Shown here: positions 1 to 7,401 of the stretch, one piece after another
Numbering within the stretch: position 1 is the first letter of the stretch
Layout of the letters: every line of letters begins with the position of its first letter
Source of the DNA: a virus
Lineage: Duplodnaviria > Caudoviricetes
Length of the DNA: 24,000 bases
Direction: 5' to 3' (one strand)
IMG/VR virus record: IMGVR_UViG_3300032024_000072
Location: 1-24,000 of that record
Notes under the pieces: generated by a model
The model's database searches: none
What the model was told of the DNA's origin: nothing
The model's input: only the letters and a program-made list of their open reading frames with translations
Made by a program: the position numbers and the translations under genes

Positions 1-132
1 GTGCACCCATAGGACAAGCTCTGCAAAAGCTCCTAGAAATTTATGCCATTGTTTGAGATGCGTCTTCTTAAGGTCAGTCTTGAGAAGCTCAGGAAAATAT
101 TCATACAGCAGTTGGAAGTTGGTATCATTCAC
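1..132 (-). CDS. Hypothetical protein, 5' part only (runs off window edge)
   Basis: Read by eye: GTG at 132 opens MNDTNFQLLYEYFPELLKTDLKKTHLKQWHKFLGAFAELVLWVH to position 1 with no stop; AAAAGG lies upstream and a TGaTATAAT element at ~176-184. Not in the ORF track. Confidence 0.45.
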   Translation of the reverse strand, partial: MNDTNFQLLYEYFPELLKTDLKKTHLKQWHKFLGAFAELVLWVH

Positions 133-203
133 ATATTTTGCCTTTTATCGCGTAATACATATACTATAAACATCCATTATATCATTATTTGTGAGAAAAA
201 GAT

Positions 204-677
204 ATGCGAATTTTGTCAGACAAGGCCATCAATCCAGAAAGAATCGTACTGCCCGTTGTAGAATACTTTCCTGACAACCCTATCATTGGCGAAATGGTGT
301 ATTTCAACAGAGCGCCACGTCAGGCGGTGTATCTGTTTAATGGAGAGGGTTGGGTATCACTCTACTCCACACGAAACAATCACTGGGAAACAATCATAGC
401 GGAGCCACAACAGAAGGTTTTTGAATTAAAACAAGAATACGACTGTGATGGTAATAGTTTAATTGTATACAAAGATGGCGTAAAGTTACACCCTAATGAT
501 TATGTTGAAGCGGGTCGTAACTTGGTCACATACCGCGGGAAAGATAAAGAAGGTGAGGACATTGACATTGAGGGTGGTGAAGAGTTTCAATTTCAAGTCT
601 TCAATATTCGTCAGACTGGCACCTTCAATGTGAAATCATTCAACAGAAGAAAAGGCATTAGCCATGACGACATCTAA
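204..677 (+). CDS. Putative virion structural protein (tail/baseplate-type beta domain)
   Basis: 157 aa. FPDNPIIGEMVYFN...VYLFNGEGW and QKVFELKQEY...NSLIVYKDGVKL..DYVE resemble recurrent motifs of large-phage tail proteins. TATAAACA (165-172, one mismatch to the T4 late promoter) lies upstream. Only credible plus-strand gene. Confidence 0.55.
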   Translation: MRILSDKAINPERIVLPVVEYFPDNPIIGEMVYFNRAPRQAVYLFNGEGWVSLYSTRNNHWETIIAEPQQKVFELKQEYDCDGNSLIVYKDGVKLHPNDYVEAGRNLVTYRGKDKEGEDIDIEGGEEFQFQVFNIRQTGTFNVKSFNRRKGISHDDI

Positions 678-1117
678 AGTCTAGCAAACTCTTTCTGGCC
701 TGCCTCGATTAACTCTTCTTGACACGCAAGAATGTCTCTATTCTTAAAATGTGATTTAATTATTTGAAGAGCATCTCTAACTCGAGTATTTTGGCCTGGA
801 CCAATTGATGCATTAAGAATACGAGGGGTCCTTTTCATTTTCAAAAATGAAAGTAGCGGGCCTTTATATTCATAGGATAGAGATATACCTGCTCTTTCAG
901 GTATGTCAACGTATTTGTCAATATGAGAAAGATTAAGTTTTGGCATTCTTAATAGGTTTAAGTTGCCTTCATCGCCCATAATCTTACTAGGTATTCCTTC
1001 TAATGATGAAACATTACATTCATATGCACTACCAAAAGCAGATTGAAATACATTGATTTTGGTTTGACGCCATATTTCGTCTGGAAAGTTTTTGAATGAT
1101 TTCAATTCATCTCCCAT
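674..1117 (-). CDS. Hypothetical protein, paralogue family with conserved C-terminal motif and one LRR-like repeat
   Basis: 147 aa; contains SSLEGIP; ends DILACQEELIEAGQKEFARL, closely matching the end of 1366..2118. Confidence 0.7.
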   Translation of the reverse strand: MGDELKSFKNFPDEIWRQTKINVFQSAFGSAYECNVSSLEGIPSKIMGDEGNLNLLRMPKLNLSHIDKYVDIPERAGISLSYEYKGPLLSFLKMKRTPRILNASIGPGQNTRVRDALQIIKSHFKNRDILACQEELIEAGQKEFARL

Positions 1118-1138
1118 ACAGTATATTTCAAGGGCATG

Positions 1139-1369
1139 TCATCTCCAAAACTTAATTGGTAATTCACCTTGCTCATTCAACATAAATGGGAAGATGTAAA
1201 GTATCTTGCCTTTATGATGAATTCCATTAGGAGTTATCTCATAATTACCGAAAGTCGTTTTAAGATACTTTGCATAATCTTTATAAGGCTGTCTCCAACT
1301 TCTAATGAGCGCATGAATCTCTTTATCAGATTGCTTATCTTCACGAAGCAATTCATATATCGTCGTCAT
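1139..1369 (-). CDS. Hypothetical protein
   Basis: 76 aa ORF; ATGA start/stop overlap with the upstream gene. Confidence 0.65.
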   Translation of the reverse strand: MTTIYELLREDKQSDKEIHALIRSWRQPYKDYAKYLKTTFGNYEITPNGIHHKGKILYIFPFMLNEQGELPIKFWR

Positions 1370-2118
1370 ATCTTAGCAAACTCCTTCAATCCTGCTTCTA
1401 ATAAATCATCTTGGCACTGCAACATATCACCATTGCTTTTATTGACAATCTGTAGTGCTTGCCATAATTTTGGAAAGGTTTGAGCCAATGAGCCTGTGGT
1501 AAAGAATTGAGTTTTACCGCCGTTGGCCTTAGATATCCGACATAGGTTTAACAAGCCGCCATGCTCTAACAACTTTATGACCTCAGCTTCATACAATATA
1601 ACCTTGTTGCATTTGAATTGAAACTCTTGCCAATCTTTTAAGATAGAGTAATTACCGAAATTTCCAATTGTTAATTCATCGCATTTAACAGGACCAGTTT
1701 TTAATTCTTTAAGATTTGCAGTATTAATGAATATTTCACCTGATACTTCTGGAGTTATATGCTCAAGGTTGTCAAGATGATAGCAATTGATGGCCAAGTA
1801 TTCACAGAAATCTGGCACTCCCCAAATGGACTCAAGTCTTTGTGTGCTAATCACCTGAAAACGTTTAGCTCGTCTAAACTTCACCATTATGACTTTCTTA
1901 CCTTCACCTACACCACCAATATCACCGTACACTCCAGTTGGGGCATAGTCAGATGATGTAGCATTTACAGTGCCATCTTTATTCGCTTTACACTTACTGC
2001 CATAACCATTTGAGCCCTCAAGAAATCGGCGGAGCTTATCAGGGTCACGTATGTGCCAAGGAGCAAAATCTATTGCTCCTGCTTCGTTAAGATACTGTTT
2101 GAAGCTTTTAGATGCCAC
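1366..2118 (-). CDS. LRR-like repeat protein, paralogue family; probable start GTG 2118
   Basis: AAGGA precedes GTG 2118 (MASKSFKQYLNEA), which avoids a 95-nt overlap with the upstream gene. Repeats LESIWGVP / LDNLEHIT / LKELKTGP; ends DMLQCQDDLLEAGLKEFAKI. Confidence 0.7.
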   Translation of the reverse strand: MASKSFKQYLNEAGAIDFAPWHIRDPDKLRRFLEGSNGYGSKCKANKDGTVNATSSDYAPTGVYGDIGGVGEGKKVIMVKFRRAKRFQVISTQRLESIWGVPDFCEYLAINCYHLDNLEHITPEVSGEIFINTANLKELKTGPVKCDELTIGNFGNYSILKDWQEFQFKCNKVILYEAEVIKLLEHGGLLNLCRISKANGGKTQFFTTGSLAQTFPKLWQALQIVNKSNGDMLQCQDDLLEAGLKEFAKI

Positions 2119-2131
2119 GTGCCATAATCCT

Positions 2132-2788
2132 TTATAAAAACTCTTTAAACCAAGAATGAATGAAACCCTCTTTTCCACAAGGGAATTGACGAGGGTCGTA
2201 TAACCAAATTCCACCATCTTTTGCACTTAGTGCGATATTGATTTTCAATTGATAGCTATCACTTACCAACACCGGGCTAATTGCTGTAATGAAGTGAGGC
2301 CCTGCTGGCCAAATAACTAATGTCCCACGTTGAGGCACTAAGCTTAAGTCATATGCAGGAAACTCTAACTTCCCACCATATACCTCAAAGCGAGGGTCTA
2401 GAGGCACTTGGTCTTGATAGTCTTTTAGCCATACAGTAGCTGTTAAATCAATGTCTTTCGTTTTTACCCATTTACGTCTCACAAATTGAGCGCTTTCACA
2501 ACCAGGAGCTTGAGCTACAAGCTTCTCATTTTCGGGAAAATGAGAGATGGTTATTGGCTCAGTGCCTCGATATTCAGCATTATAGCGCTCTTCAATTAGC
2601 GGAATAAGAGGTCTAAGTTTTTCCAGAATGATAGCTTGCCCTTTATCAGGAGTGAGCTGCTTCTCTAACTTAGTAGGTCTTCCATCTTGGTCTAAATTAG
2701 GAGCTCTAACTTCATATTGAGAAATTAACTCTTCGCACATTTTACCTGACAGAAAGTCCTGCACAACAAAAAATGGTGATTTTACCAT
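2132..2788 (-). CDS. 2OG-Fe(II) oxygenase-fold protein (prolyl-4-hydroxylase-like), metal ligands apparently lost
   Basis: FFVVQDFLS..MCEELI, DLTATVWLKD, YGGKLEFP and PQRGTLVIWP match the fold; no HxD motif at the expected position. Confidence 0.7.
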   Translation of the reverse strand: MVKSPFFVVQDFLSGKMCEELISQYEVRAPNLDQDGRPTKLEKQLTPDKGQAIILEKLRPLIPLIEERYNAEYRGTEPITISHFPENEKLVAQAPGCESAQFVRRKWVKTKDIDLTATVWLKDYQDQVPLDPRFEVYGGKLEFPAYDLSLVPQRGTLVIWPAGPHFITAISPVLVSDSYQLKINIALSAKDGGIWLYDPRQFPCGKEGFIHSWFKEFL

Positions 2789-2829
2789 GGTATTCCTCTA
2801 GTATTATAAATTATTTTTAGCTTTATTGT

Positions 2830-4314
2830 TTATTCTTCTTCATTACCTGAAGAAGATACATCACTTATAGTTGCTAGCTCTTCAGTATTAGCATCAGTTG
2901 AAGTTAATCCTGCTGCAGGATTAACTAATACCCCAGCGGCTGCTAATGTTTGACGACCTAATAGGACTTCATATTCCATATGCTCTCTATCGGTTACTGT
3001 CATTTCAACATTACGAAGAGTGGTGCCATTCAATACCAAATCAACACGAATAACAGGTCTTTCAGCTGCTTCATCATTATCAGATTGTTTCACTTTCATC
3101 TGTTTCAACAAATGAAACTTGTAAGTGATGTCATTGAATTTGAATTTAATGATAGGACCATCTATCTGAATATCAGACCCATGCAATGAGCTAAGATGAG
3201 CGCCAGTATCAACGCGAGCTTCAATTGGCTCTTCATTGTTAAACATCTTAATGACAACATGCGTGATGGTGCCAATAATGGTATCTTCTGTATTGTGAGG
3301 GGCTATTTCAACTTCACTTTCAGAAGCTGGTGCTTCTGCTTCAGGAGCTGGTAATTCTACAATTGGCTCAATAGGTGCATCATCCTCAATAGCAACTCCT
3401 GAAGGCTCTACAGGAGTTGAAGGCACATCTTTTTGCTGTTGCCCAGCTAATTCAGAGCAATACTCAATAATCTTTTCTGCGATATCAATATTAGTGATAA
3501 CCTTCTGCATGGCTTCAAATCCTGGAGAGCCATTTACTTCAAGCATAATCACTTCACCATCTGAAAGAATGTAATCAACTGCTGCCAGATTGATATTCAG
3601 GATTTGCGCGGATTTGATAGCAGCATCTAGCTCAGCTTGGGATGGCTCATGGACTTTCAGCTCTGCACCCTGATGCGCATTAGAGCGGAAATCACCATCA
3701 GGAATTGACCTCATAACGGCTGCAAGTGGAATGCCATTCAAGATAAGCACTCGAGCTGATTCAGAATGCTCAATAAACTCTTGCACCATAAACTGCTCAC
3801 CTGATTTTACCAACTGCTGAATGATTGAGCGAGCTGAAGGAAGACTGTCTGCGCGGATTACTCCAACTCCATGTGTCCCTCTAATCGTTTTGATGATGAT
3901 AGGAAACTTACCACCAATAGCTTCAATAGCTTTTTCAGCTTGGTCCTCATTAGTAAAGACTGCTGAGCGTGGAGTTTTGATACCGGCATTGTTAAGCAAG
4001 ATTTGAGTTTCAACCTTATTGCTTGCAGCTCGTAATGATTGACCAGAGTTAAGAACCTTTACACCCATCTTTGCTAAATGGTCAATCATTGCAACTTTGT
4101 ATTCCAAATTGTCTTCTGATAAACGTGGAATACAGACATCCGCTCCAGTGAAACGAGTGCCATCATGCGCAATGAATGGGTCTTCAGTTAGAGAGATGTA
4201 AGCATTATCAGGGTCAATAACTTGGACATCAAAGCCAGCGGCTTTCGCTTTCTTCTCGAGCTCTTTAGGAGCCCAATTTTCTGGCTCGGTTGTTAGTAAG
4301 ATAAACGTGCTCAT
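2830..4314 (-). CDS. rimK: RimK-family ATP-grasp ligase fused to a C-terminal retropepsin-like (RimB-type) protease
   Basis: ATP-grasp motifs PIIIKTIRGTHGVGV, MVQEFI, DFRSNAHQG, AVD, LEVNGSPGF; an acidic Pro-rich linker; protease motifs ARVDTGAHLSSLH, RPVI, DREHMEYEVLLGR. Confidence 0.88.
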   Translation of the reverse strand: MSTFILLTTEPENWAPKELEKKAKAAGFDVQVIDPDNAYISLTEDPFIAHDGTRFTGADVCIPRLSEDNLEYKVAMIDHLAKMGVKVLNSGQSLRAASNKVETQILLNNAGIKTPRSAVFTNEDQAEKAIEAIGGKFPIIIKTIRGTHGVGVIRADSLPSARSIIQQLVKSGEQFMVQEFIEHSESARVLILNGIPLAAVMRSIPDGDFRSNAHQGAELKVHEPSQAELDAAIKSAQILNINLAAVDYILSDGEVIMLEVNGSPGFEAMQKVITNIDIAEKIIEYCSELAGQQQKDVPSTPVEPSGVAIEDDAPIEPIVELPAPEAEAPASESEVEIAPHNTEDTIIGTITHVVIKMFNNEEPIEARVDTGAHLSSLHGSDIQIDGPIIKFKFNDITYKFHLLKQMKVKQSDNDEAAERPVIRVDLVLNGTTLRNVEMTVTDREHMEYEVLLGRQTLAAAGVLVNPAAGLTSTDANTEELATISDVSSSGNEEE

Positions 4315-4328
4315 AATGCGTTAGGTCC

Positions 4329-4817
4329 TTAGACGTAATTTTTTGGGTGAGAAATACCAGCCAACTCTAACATACGTTGAGTTTGTGAGCGTTTTGCAGG
4401 GACTTCTTCTTCTTGTTTGCTTTCTACAAAAGTAGCTTGACTTGATAAGTAAGCATCTTTATCGAGCGCTTGTTGAGCTAGACTTTGTTTGCAGAATTTG
4501 ACTCTCTTTACCAGCTTAACATTCTTTTCTGGGCATCCAACATACATCTCAATATCAACAAAGAAGTCATTATCAACGGCTGGATTAGGATTTGGATTGC
4601 CAGCACCATCAACAGCATGTATATTGCCATAGCTTGTTTGTGTAGCACCAACTACAGAAAAATAATATTTAGACAAGTCAATTTCAACTGGAGTTTCAAT
4701 TTCAACTGGAGCCGGTTGCTCATAAGAAACTGCTGGCTCGACTTCAGGAGCCGGATATTGACCAGTCATATCAATAACAGATGGTGCGCTCATAGCGCCA
4801 AATGCGTAATTATTCAT
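4329..4817 (-). CDS. Hypothetical protein, possibly head-associated
   Basis: 162 aa; GAGAG SD; near-terminal RMLELAGI motif and FVES site of the kind seen in large-phage head proteins. Confidence 0.7.
   Translation of the reverse strand: MNNYAFGAMSAPSVIDMTGQYPAPEVEPAVSYEQPAPVEIETPVEIDLSKYYFSVVGATQTSYGNIHAVDGAGNPNPNPAVDNDFFVDIEMYVGCPEKNVKLVKRVKFCKQSLAQQALDKDAYLSSQATFVESKQEEEVPAKRSQTQRMLELAGISHPKNYV
4678..4711. repeat. 16-bp direct repeat with 18-nt period inside a CDS
   Basis: tcaatttcaactggag at 4678-4693 and 4696-4711, encoding PVEIE/PVEID. Confidence 0.8.
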
Positions 4818-4844
4818 TTGTGTAATCTCTCTAGTGTGTGAAGT

Positions 4845-5507
4845 TTATATCTGACTATTTAGCTGCTCATAGAATATATCCACTCTTTCAGCAAGTGGCA
4901 ACCAGTATTCATCAAAGGTGAAGTTAAACTCCATCGGGAATCCTGTAGCAGCAGTCATAAGGACAACGCCATCATTGATGGGAATATCAAACCTTTCAGT
5001 GAAAGCGATTCCGTAGAAAGCGCACTGAAGTTTATAATCATAAATCTCTTTCTTAGTCTTTAACCTGGTAGAAGTCTTGAAATCGATAATAGACAGTTTG
5101 CCTTTATAGATACCGATACAATCACATGTGCCTGCTATTTGAAGAGCATCAGAATACAGTGCCACTTCTTGACCGACTACCTCGGTTATTGATTTGAGTT
5201 TCAATTTGAGCGCAGTGAATGAATTGACATCTTCAACACTGAATTGATTGAGCTGAAGGTCTTCACCTTTAAGGTGTCGCTCGATAAGTAGATGGACATT
5301 AGTCCCCCTATCTGCAGCAGCTTTGGTAATTGATGCCGCTTTTGTAGCACCTAGTGAGTTTTGCCAATTGGCGAGGGATTGCTTCTTTTCTTCAGGCGCT
5401 GAAATGCCGAGCATTGTTGTAATACTCGCATAGTGTTGTCCTTCAGGCGTCTTGTAAAAGCGCATCCCCCTGAAATCCACTCTTGGCATATCAGGGAAAT
5501 GTATCAT
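4845..5507 (-). CDS. PD-(D/E)XK exonuclease (phage exonuclease family)
   Basis: RFYKTPEG..YASITTML, RGTNVH, QEVALYS, IAGTCDCIG, IIDFKTS, LQCAFY motifs. Confidence 0.88.
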   Translation of the reverse strand: MIHFPDMPRVDFRGMRFYKTPEGQHYASITTMLGISAPEEKKQSLANWQNSLGATKAASITKAAADRGTNVHLLIERHLKGEDLQLNQFSVEDVNSFTALKLKLKSITEVVGQEVALYSDALQIAGTCDCIGIYKGKLSIIDFKTSTRLKTKKEIYDYKLQCAFYGIAFTERFDIPINDGVVLMTAATGFPMEFNFTFDEYWLPLAERVDIFYEQLNSQI

Positions 5508-5508
5508 A

Positions 5509-7398
5509 TTAAAATAGTGCTAAAAATGTCTCAACTGATTTTTTAGTGAATAGTATTCCGTCAGGATAGGTATCCAAATCATCTTGACAATATACTGCAT
5601 ATTCTCTACCATGGTCAATCGGTTTGAAATCATAATTGTCAGCGCCAGATTTTACAATTGTTTCAAATCCATTCTCAAGGGCTCTTGCCAATTGTTGAGT
5701 ATCATGATGACTCAATTGTATTTTGACATCCTCAACTGACAATTCACATTTATCATTCAATTTAGCAATATTCCAATCACCTAAATTTTCAGCTCTTGCG
5801 CGCCTGCGTATTGCATCTTCTCTGATAGTAAGCTCCTCATTCGCTTGTTGTTGCTCAGGGTTTGCTACTAAAAGTTTAGCCAATTGAATTAATCGAGTTT
5901 TTATCACTGCAACATTTACAGTTTTCTGTTTCTCACGTAATGACCTGATTAATGTGCTACGTTTGTAGTTTATATTTTCATCAGGCACACCCAATCTTGT
6001 CAATACAGCAGACACTAATTGGATATAAGCATCATTCCCAAGTTTAACATCTTCAGTAATTTCTTCTTCATTTTTCTTATGTGGCACTAACATATCATGG
6101 AAAGCATGGACATATTGGCGTAGCTTAGAATGCTGCAATATACGTTTAGCTGTATGACGCAAATGTTGTCTCAGAGCTGTTTTTCTTGTTTCTAATACCA
6201 TTGAAGGCACACCTAAATGCTTCAATAACTCAATCAGCATTTCGACTACAGATGAAATCTGTTTAGAATGCAAATCGGATTCTTTCAAATCTTCTTTATT
6301 ATGACCGCCAGCTAATTCTTTTTCTTTAGCAGCATGAGATGACATGTCAGTAGAAGCATCCAATTCATTCACAATTCTGTTTAGCAATTGGCGACCTTTA
6401 GATGTATGCATCAAAACTAATGATGCTTCTCTAACACCTCTTCTAAATGCTGTTTTCTGTTGAAGCAATCGTTGCACTGGGATATCCAAATGGATAATCA
6501 GCTTTACGATTTTGCGTTGAAGCGCAGTCCTGAAAATGTCTTCAAGTTTCAATTCAAGCTTGTGGTCTTTATCAGCTTCACCTAAGAAAGAAGAGAATGC
6601 CCAAAGTGGGTCATTATCGTCGAAAGCTTCTTTTACGTCTTTCTTTTTAGGGGCTGGTGCTTTCTTTTTAGCTTTTGGCTTTTTCGGTTTGCCATCTTCG
6701 TCTTCTTCTTCTTCACCAGCATCTTCAGTGTCGTCTCCTTCTTTATCGAAGTCTTTATCTTCTAAATCACTGTCAGGTTTTTCTTCATCACCCAAATCTA
6801 AGTTGTCTGCCTCGTCTTCGCTATCACCTTTTTCTTTATCATCTTCGCCATTTCCTTCGCCATTTCCTTCGCCCTTCTTCTTATTCAGTTTAAAGCTCAA
6901 TTTGATTTTAGATTCTTTAGGGGGCTCTTCATTTCCATCCAATTCACCGTCGCCCTCTTCAGCACCTTCTTCAGGTTGGCCTTGGTCATTAGCATTTGCT
7001 TGACGTTGCTCTGGCCATTCAACTGATACGATATCAAACTGTCCTGATAATTGGTCAATAGCTTCTTCAATGTCATCTTCTTTACCCAACATTTCGCTCA
7101 TAGCTTTCTCAAAAGCTTCTGCTTGGTCTGCAGCTACATAAACCTTGACTATCTCGCCATCATTTAACTCTAGACCAAATGCAACGGTATCAACTTCTTC
7201 AGAAGCGTCATGTGCTTGCTGAATAAGATTAGCTGCATCACGTTGAGACATTTCCTTCTTATCATCAAATGGAATGTTTCTAGCAAAAAAAACATGATTG
7301 ATAACTTTAGTTGGAGCAGCAGTTGTTGTAGATGCCTTAGCTGATGGGGTAGCAGCATCTTCTGCTAGTGCTGCTAATTCTTGTAGAAAGTTATTCAC
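5509..7398 (-). CDS. Large acidic protein, putative prohead core/internal head protein
   Basis: 629 aa; GTG start with GGAG SD; long D/E/K low-complexity tract; several hydrophobic-x-E sites (LAE, VKE, LGE, LKE, ITE, IRE) separating helical modules. Confidence 0.6.
   Translation of the reverse strand: MNNFLQELAALAEDAATPSAKASTTTAAPTKVINHVFFARNIPFDDKKEMSQRDAANLIQQAHDASEEVDTVAFGLELNDGEIVKVYVAADQAEAFEKAMSEMLGKEDDIEEAIDQLSGQFDIVSVEWPEQRQANANDQGQPEEGAEEGDGELDGNEEPPKESKIKLSFKLNKKKGEGNGEGNGEDDKEKGDSEDEADNLDLGDEEKPDSDLEDKDFDKEGDDTEDAGEEEEDEDGKPKKPKAKKKAPAPKKKDVKEAFDDNDPLWAFSSFLGEADKDHKLELKLEDIFRTALQRKIVKLIIHLDIPVQRLLQQKTAFRRGVREASLVLMHTSKGRQLLNRIVNELDASTDMSSHAAKEKELAGGHNKEDLKESDLHSKQISSVVEMLIELLKHLGVPSMVLETRKTALRQHLRHTAKRILQHSKLRQYVHAFHDMLVPHKKNEEEITEDVKLGNDAYIQLVSAVLTRLGVPDENINYKRSTLIRSLREKQKTVNVAVIKTRLIQLAKLLVANPEQQQANEELTIREDAIRRRARAENLGDWNIAKLNDKCELSVEDVKIQLSHHDTQQLARALENGFETIVKSGADNYDFKPIDHGREYAVYCQDDLDTYPDGILFTKKSVETFLALF
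6843..6873. repeat. 12-bp tandem repeat (2.6 copies) encoding GEGN repeats
   Basis: cttcgccatttc twice, then cttcgcc. Confidence 0.85.
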
Positions 7399-7401
7399 TT
7401 A

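Noticed and set aside
43-261. 72-aa plus-strand ORF
   Set aside because: Crosses an AT-rich divergent promoter region and overlaps two better candidates.
4845-5507. Cas4/CRISPR system
   Set aside because: No Fe-S cysteine cluster, no repeat-spacer array and no other cas genes; fits an ordinary phage exonuclease.
6536-7003. Ser-rich plus-strand ORF and other plus-strand track ORFs (e.g. 1169, 4485, 7298, 11365, 14348, 17887, 21308)
   Set aside because: Antisense shadows of strong minus-strand genes with no independent signals.
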